DNA from: Chiloscyllium plagiosum
Taxonomy: Eukaryota
Direction of reading: 5' to 3'
NCBI RefSeq assembly: GCF_004010195.1
Contig: NC_057752.1
Span: forward strand, 5,447,223 to 5,498,836
DNA: 51,614 nt
Shown: in pieces, positions 47,033 through 51,614 of the stretch
Layout of the letters: each line of letters starts with the position of its first letter
Numbering within the stretch: the first letter of the stretch is position 1
Notes under the pieces: model-generated
The model's input: the letters and a program-made list of their open reading frames with translations, nothing else
Databases searched by the model: none
What the model was told of the DNA's origin: nothing
Translations under genes and position numbers: made by a program

Positions 47033-49949
47033 TATGGATTAACCATGTCACTGTGCACAATATTACATATTACAACCTTAATGAACGTGAATATCAGTGA
47101 AATTAATGCCTTTGCTTTTTGAGTCATTGCAATCTTCAGGTGCTAGTCTTGTTTTGCAATTATCCAAGATTTAAATTTTGGATTGAAATTCAATACCATG
47201 AGTTCCTATTGCCCCACAAAGTTCAAGTGGCTACCCAATTTGCATATTTCATTGCCAAATCATGGGTTTATGACTGCAATCCTCTTGTAAACTGAATTCT
47301 CAATTTCAGCCATATTCCTATGGCAAGTTCCATGTAGAACTTGGATACCTGCCTACTGGGGAAATGTGGTCATCATCTTTGACTTTGTTTTCCGCCGCAG
47401 TCAGCAACCAATTTCAGAACAACATTCAAGGCCTTGGAAACAGGTTGACTATTCTTAGTGAGAAGTAGATTTGGTACAGGAAAATTTCAACAAGATTTTA
47501 TGGATGGTAACATTGATTTGTTTCTGTCCATTACTTTCAAAATGGAAATGCATAAATATTTGGAAGTTAGGCATTTAAATTTGTGTCAGTAACCAAATGA
47601 GCATAAGTGAAATTATCCCTTCAGAGATCTCTCAAGCAGATGGGTTCATTGACAGACTCCTATGTTGTTGGATTCTATGCTTGTACTAAGTGGTATGTTA
47701 CTAACTTGAATTAATCAATGTCCGGTCTCTAAATCAGACAGCTACCCCAATATTATGACAGAATGATGACGTACTGTCCTTTAGATGTAATAATAAGTGC
47801 TGAACTAGTGCTTAAACTGTATGCTGGTGTATGATGTGTGATATAAGCATCAGTTAGTACAGGTGCTAAGTTAAATCAGTGTCATATAATCTCTACATGT
47901 TAGGTTGTGCGCTGTATGATCAAACTTGTTCAAGCTCGCATATCACCCAGTTGTATACTGAATGGTTGCCTCATTGCCATAATTGTGGTCATTCTGATCT
48001 GTCTTTGATTACCCTACAGATAATCCTGAGTGCCATCAGTTCCATTTCCTGGTGTCTAATCTGATTTAGATTTGAACTGATAAAAAGCTCTGAGAACCGA
48101 GAAAATAAAGTGAATAAGATACTATAGTAATTAGAATTATTGAAAGTAAACATCAATCAGCTTGTCTACAGGATACACAGGTTAATGTGCAAGGCATTCC
48201 TTCAAGACTCTGGTCTTGCACTGGAATATTGACCTTTATCTACACAAAGGGGCTGACTGACATTTATTTCCAGCATTTTCTCTCTACTCACAGTATTTGT
48301 TTTAAAACATAAATCTACTATGATGCTTAAGTTGTGCGTGTATGCAATAATGAAAACCAAAAAGGAGGGGAAAGACTATAAAAGAAAAACGGGTATGAAG
48401 CATTACATGTGGGGGCGGGTGAAGTAAAAATAAACAAGATTGCAAAACTATCCTTTAATTCGGGGCCTAAGTGTGCATCGTCTCAAGTTCCTTGGTGTGA
48501 AGGCAAAAATATGCTATAACCTCAATTTTTTAAAAAATTGTTGATGTTCTGTGATCCTATGCTGTATGGCGAAAAGACTACACCTTTTCTTTTTCTGTAT
48601 ATGTGAATGTAGACTGAAATGGGAAAACAATTGTTTTGAAGCCAATGATTGTAGAACAAATTGCTGCATTTTTTTAAAACCAAGTTATTGAATCTCATTG
48701 TAAGTTGTCTTTACACTGCTTGAAGCAGTGGGCAAGACTCTTTGTACACACCTGTTGGTGCTAGTCCATTGACAAAGTGAGATTCAGTTTGCAATAAATT
48801 GCTGTTTGTGGAGTGGCCTGACGACAACTATCTGACTCCTGGGTTCTCAACAGTTTTTGGCTGTAAATGATTCTGGCAGAAGCCTTCGGACCTCCAAAGG
48901 ACATGGTAGTGTGTTTTTGTCTGCAAGAAAATATCTGAAGAAAACACAGTTTGATTTCCTTCTACCAATTTATATATGAAGCAGCCTGTAAGCAGAAACT
49001 AAGAGACTTTGCAGTTAGTGTACAATCACCTGTGTCTCCTGCAAAAATGTGGAAAGGACATGGAGAAGAGAGATCAAAGAACCAAAAATCCTGGCAAATA
49101 CTAAGATCATCTCAGAGCCTTAGATCTGCTTTGCCAGTTTTTTTCTAGCACTCAAAATACCAAAGTTTTTTTGTTTGATGTGTGTAAGGGAGTTTTAGAA
49201 AGGGATTAGAGTTTTAACTGGAAGAATTATCCATTGACAATTCAAAGTCAGAATTTATTTATAGCAAATAGTAGTGGTTTTGTTAAGTACAGGACCCTGT
49301 TAATCTGGATCTATCAGACAGGTAAACTGGAGAATTTTGCGTAATTTGATGAAATCTTTAACTTTTGTGATGACTCCAGGGATAGTGAGGCTTGATTATC
49401 AGAGCTCTACCCCACTTGAGGCCTGACAGTAGGACTATTGTTGAGTTTGGTGAAAATTAAATGTTGGTTTCTGTATATAGAGCTGAAAGCAAAACAACAA
49501 AAGGAAATTTCATCTTATTGCTTTTTTGTTTGATTTGCAGTGTCCCTTAAATTACATATAAGAATCTTGTGGATTTTATTCACGTGGATGTTTGATAAGG
49601 TGTTCTTTGAGCTCAGGGCACATATTAACATTTCTGTTGTATTGGTCACACTCATCTTTCTGAAAGTGTTTTTCAATGTTAATACACAAAACCATGTTGT
49701 TGAATGTCACCATATATTTAATCTAGAGAGACTCTGGACGGTACATAATGGTTAATGTCCATCAGGGACTGGTTCAATTCAGCTTTCATTGCAATTTAGC
49801 AAAGCAAATGTGTCTGCTACTTGAACATACTAGAATAAATGTGCTGTGTAAATCTACAGTGTGTCATTATATCTATTCACTTCCCTTTGTTGTTCACTAA
49901 TTTATAGCCTAGTTTGAGATCTTGACACACAAGAACTATTGATATGAGC

Positions 49950-50715
49950 ATGTTGGATAACGGGGACCCAGCAGATGTGTATCTAGAATTTCAAAAGGCA
50001 TTCAACAAGGTGCCACACAAAAGGCTGCTGCATAAGATAAAGATGCGGGGCATTATGGGTCATGTATTAGCATGGATAGAGGATTGGTTGACTAACAGGA
50101 AGTAAAGTCTGGGGATAAATGAGTGCATTCCTGGTTGGCAATCAGTTACTAGTGGTGTGCCTCAGAGATCAGTCTTGGGACCGCAATTATTCACAATTTA
50201 CGTAGATGATTTGGAGTTGGGGACAAGTTTGCAGACGACACTAAGATGAGTGGTAAAGCAAAGTGTGCAGAGGACTGTGGAACTTTGTAGAAGGACGTAG
50301 TTTAAGTGAGTGAGCAACGGTCTGGCAGATGAAATACAATGTAATAAATGTGAAGTCATCCATTTTGGTAGGAATACCAGTTAAAAGGACGAGTACTTGA
50401 ATGTTAAAAATTGCAGCACGCTGCTGTGCAGAGGGACCTGTGTGTTCTTGTTCATGAATCACAGAAGGTTAGTCTGCAGATGCAACATATAATTAAGGCA
50501 GCATTTTGTCCTTCATTGCTACCGGAATTGAGTTTAAAAGCAGGGAGGGTTATGTTGCAGCTGTATAGGGTGCTGGTGAGGCCACACAGTACTGTGTGCA
50601 GTTTTGGTCTCCTGACTTGAGAAAGGATGTACTGGCACTAGAGGGGGTGCAGAGGAGGTTCCCTCGGTTGATTCCAGAGGTGAAGGGGTTGGCTTATGAA
50701 GAGAGATTGAGTAGA
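49950..50715 (+). mobile_element. CR1 LINE RT fragment
   Basis: YLEFQKAFNKVPH, SGVPQRSVLGP, KFADD and LYRVLVRPH. Confidence 0.85.
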
Positions 50716-51158
50716 TGGACAGGACTGGCAGCTTAACATTCCAGGATACAAATGCTACAGAAAGGGAGGCAAGAGAGGAGGGGGAGTGGTGTTTTTGATA
50801 AGGGATAACATTACAGCTGTACTAAGGGAGGATATTCCCAGAAATACATCCAGGGATGTTATTTGGGTGGAACTGAGAAATAAAAAGGGATGATCACCTT
50901 ATTGGGATTGCATTATAGACCCCTTAATAGTCAGAGAGAAATTGAGAAACAAATTTGTCAGATTTCAGTTGCCTGTAAGAATAATACGGTGGTTATTGAA
51001 AGGGATTTTAATTTTCCAAACATAGATTGGGACTGCTATAGTGTTAAGGGTTTAGATGGAGAGGAATTTGTTAAATGTGTGCAAGAAAATTTTCTGATTC
51101 GGTATGTGGATGTACCTACTAGAGAAGGTGCAAAACTTGACCTACTCTTGGGAAATAA
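50716..51158 (+). mobile_element. CR1 LINE endonuclease-region fragment, cut by the downstream Penelope insertions
   Basis: YRPLNS...DFNFPNIDW...YVDVPTREGAKLDLLLGNK. Confidence 0.85.
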
Positions 51159-51159
51159 G

Positions 51160-51293
51160 TTTAAAATCACACAACACCATGTTATAGTCCAACAGGTTTA
51201 ATTGGAAGCACACTAGCTTTCGGAGCGTCGCTCCTTCATCAGGTGATAGTGGAGGGCTCAATCTTAACACAGAATTTATAGCAAAAAGTTACA
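51160..51293 (-). mobile_element. Penelope-like terminal fragment with hammerhead motif (51211-51245)
   Basis: Minus strand reads cac-CUGAUGA-a-ggagc-gac-gcucc-GAAA-G-CUA-gug, with palindromic AGCU. Confidence 0.8.
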
Positions 51294-51614
51294 GTTGTTG
51301 TGGTTCTGTTCGCCGAGCTGGAAGTTTTTGTTGCAAACGTTTCGTCCCCTGGCTAGGCGACATCATCAGTGCTTGGGAGCCTCCTGCGAAGTGCTTCTTT
51401 GATGTTTCCTCCGGTGTTCATAGTGGTCTGTCCCTGCCGCTTCCGGTTGTCAGTTTCAGCTGTACGCTGTAGTGGTTGGTATATTGGGTCCAGGTCGATG
51501 TGTTTGTTGATGGAGTTTGTGGATGAATGCCATGCCTCTAGGAATTCCCTGGCTGTTCTCTGTCTGGCTTGACCTGTGATAGTAGTGTTGTCCCAGTCGA
51601 ATTCATGTTGCTAG
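51294..51614 (-). mobile_element. Penelope-like element 3' end: GIY-YIG C-terminus and hammerhead motif (51333-51372); runs off the window
   Basis: Minus strand QHEFDWDNTTITGQARQRTAREFLEAWHSSTNSINKHIDLDPIYQPL, followed by gca-CUGAUGA-u-gucgccu-agcc-aggggac-GAAA-C-GUU-ugc. Confidence 0.88.

Noticed and set aside
47048..51614. Remaining SET and post-SET exons (expected NRGIYMFR...)
   Set aside because: No matching reading frame was found, so they are presumably downstream of the window.

Overview
This is eukaryotic (vertebrate) genomic DNA. The repeat content (V-domain tRNA SINEs of the HE1 type, CR1 LINEs, Penelope-like elements) points to an elasmobranch, probably a shark; that assignment is inference. 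The whole window lies inside the 3' half of a KMT2D (MLL2/MLL4) H3K4 methyltransferase gene on the + strand. I traced 17 consecutive coding exons with GT-AG sites and consistent phases, from position 28 to 46812. They cover the coiled-coil region, a giant 5775-bp Q-rich exon, ePHD, FYRN/FYRC, the WIN motif and the start of the SET domain; the last SET exons lie beyond the window. Main points of interest: (1) the giant exon holds a coding minisatellite of about 55-59 copies of a 39-bp/13-aa unit (GMGQQQAQPQGAV) in the prion-like low-complexity region. (2) The introns hold six minimal type-I hammerhead ribozyme motifs carried by Penelope-like elements, two of them in the KMT2D sense orientation. 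Some sit in short, palindromic, TSD-flanked non-coding inserts, one of which landed at the splice donor of a SET-domain exon. (3) The pre-SET/SET region has an intron that, from recall, is present in KMT2C but absent from human KMT2D. (4) There are three NAGNAG acceptors. Introns are otherwise filled with decayed CR1/L2 LINEs and SINEs. Human exon numbers and sizes are from memory and need verification.
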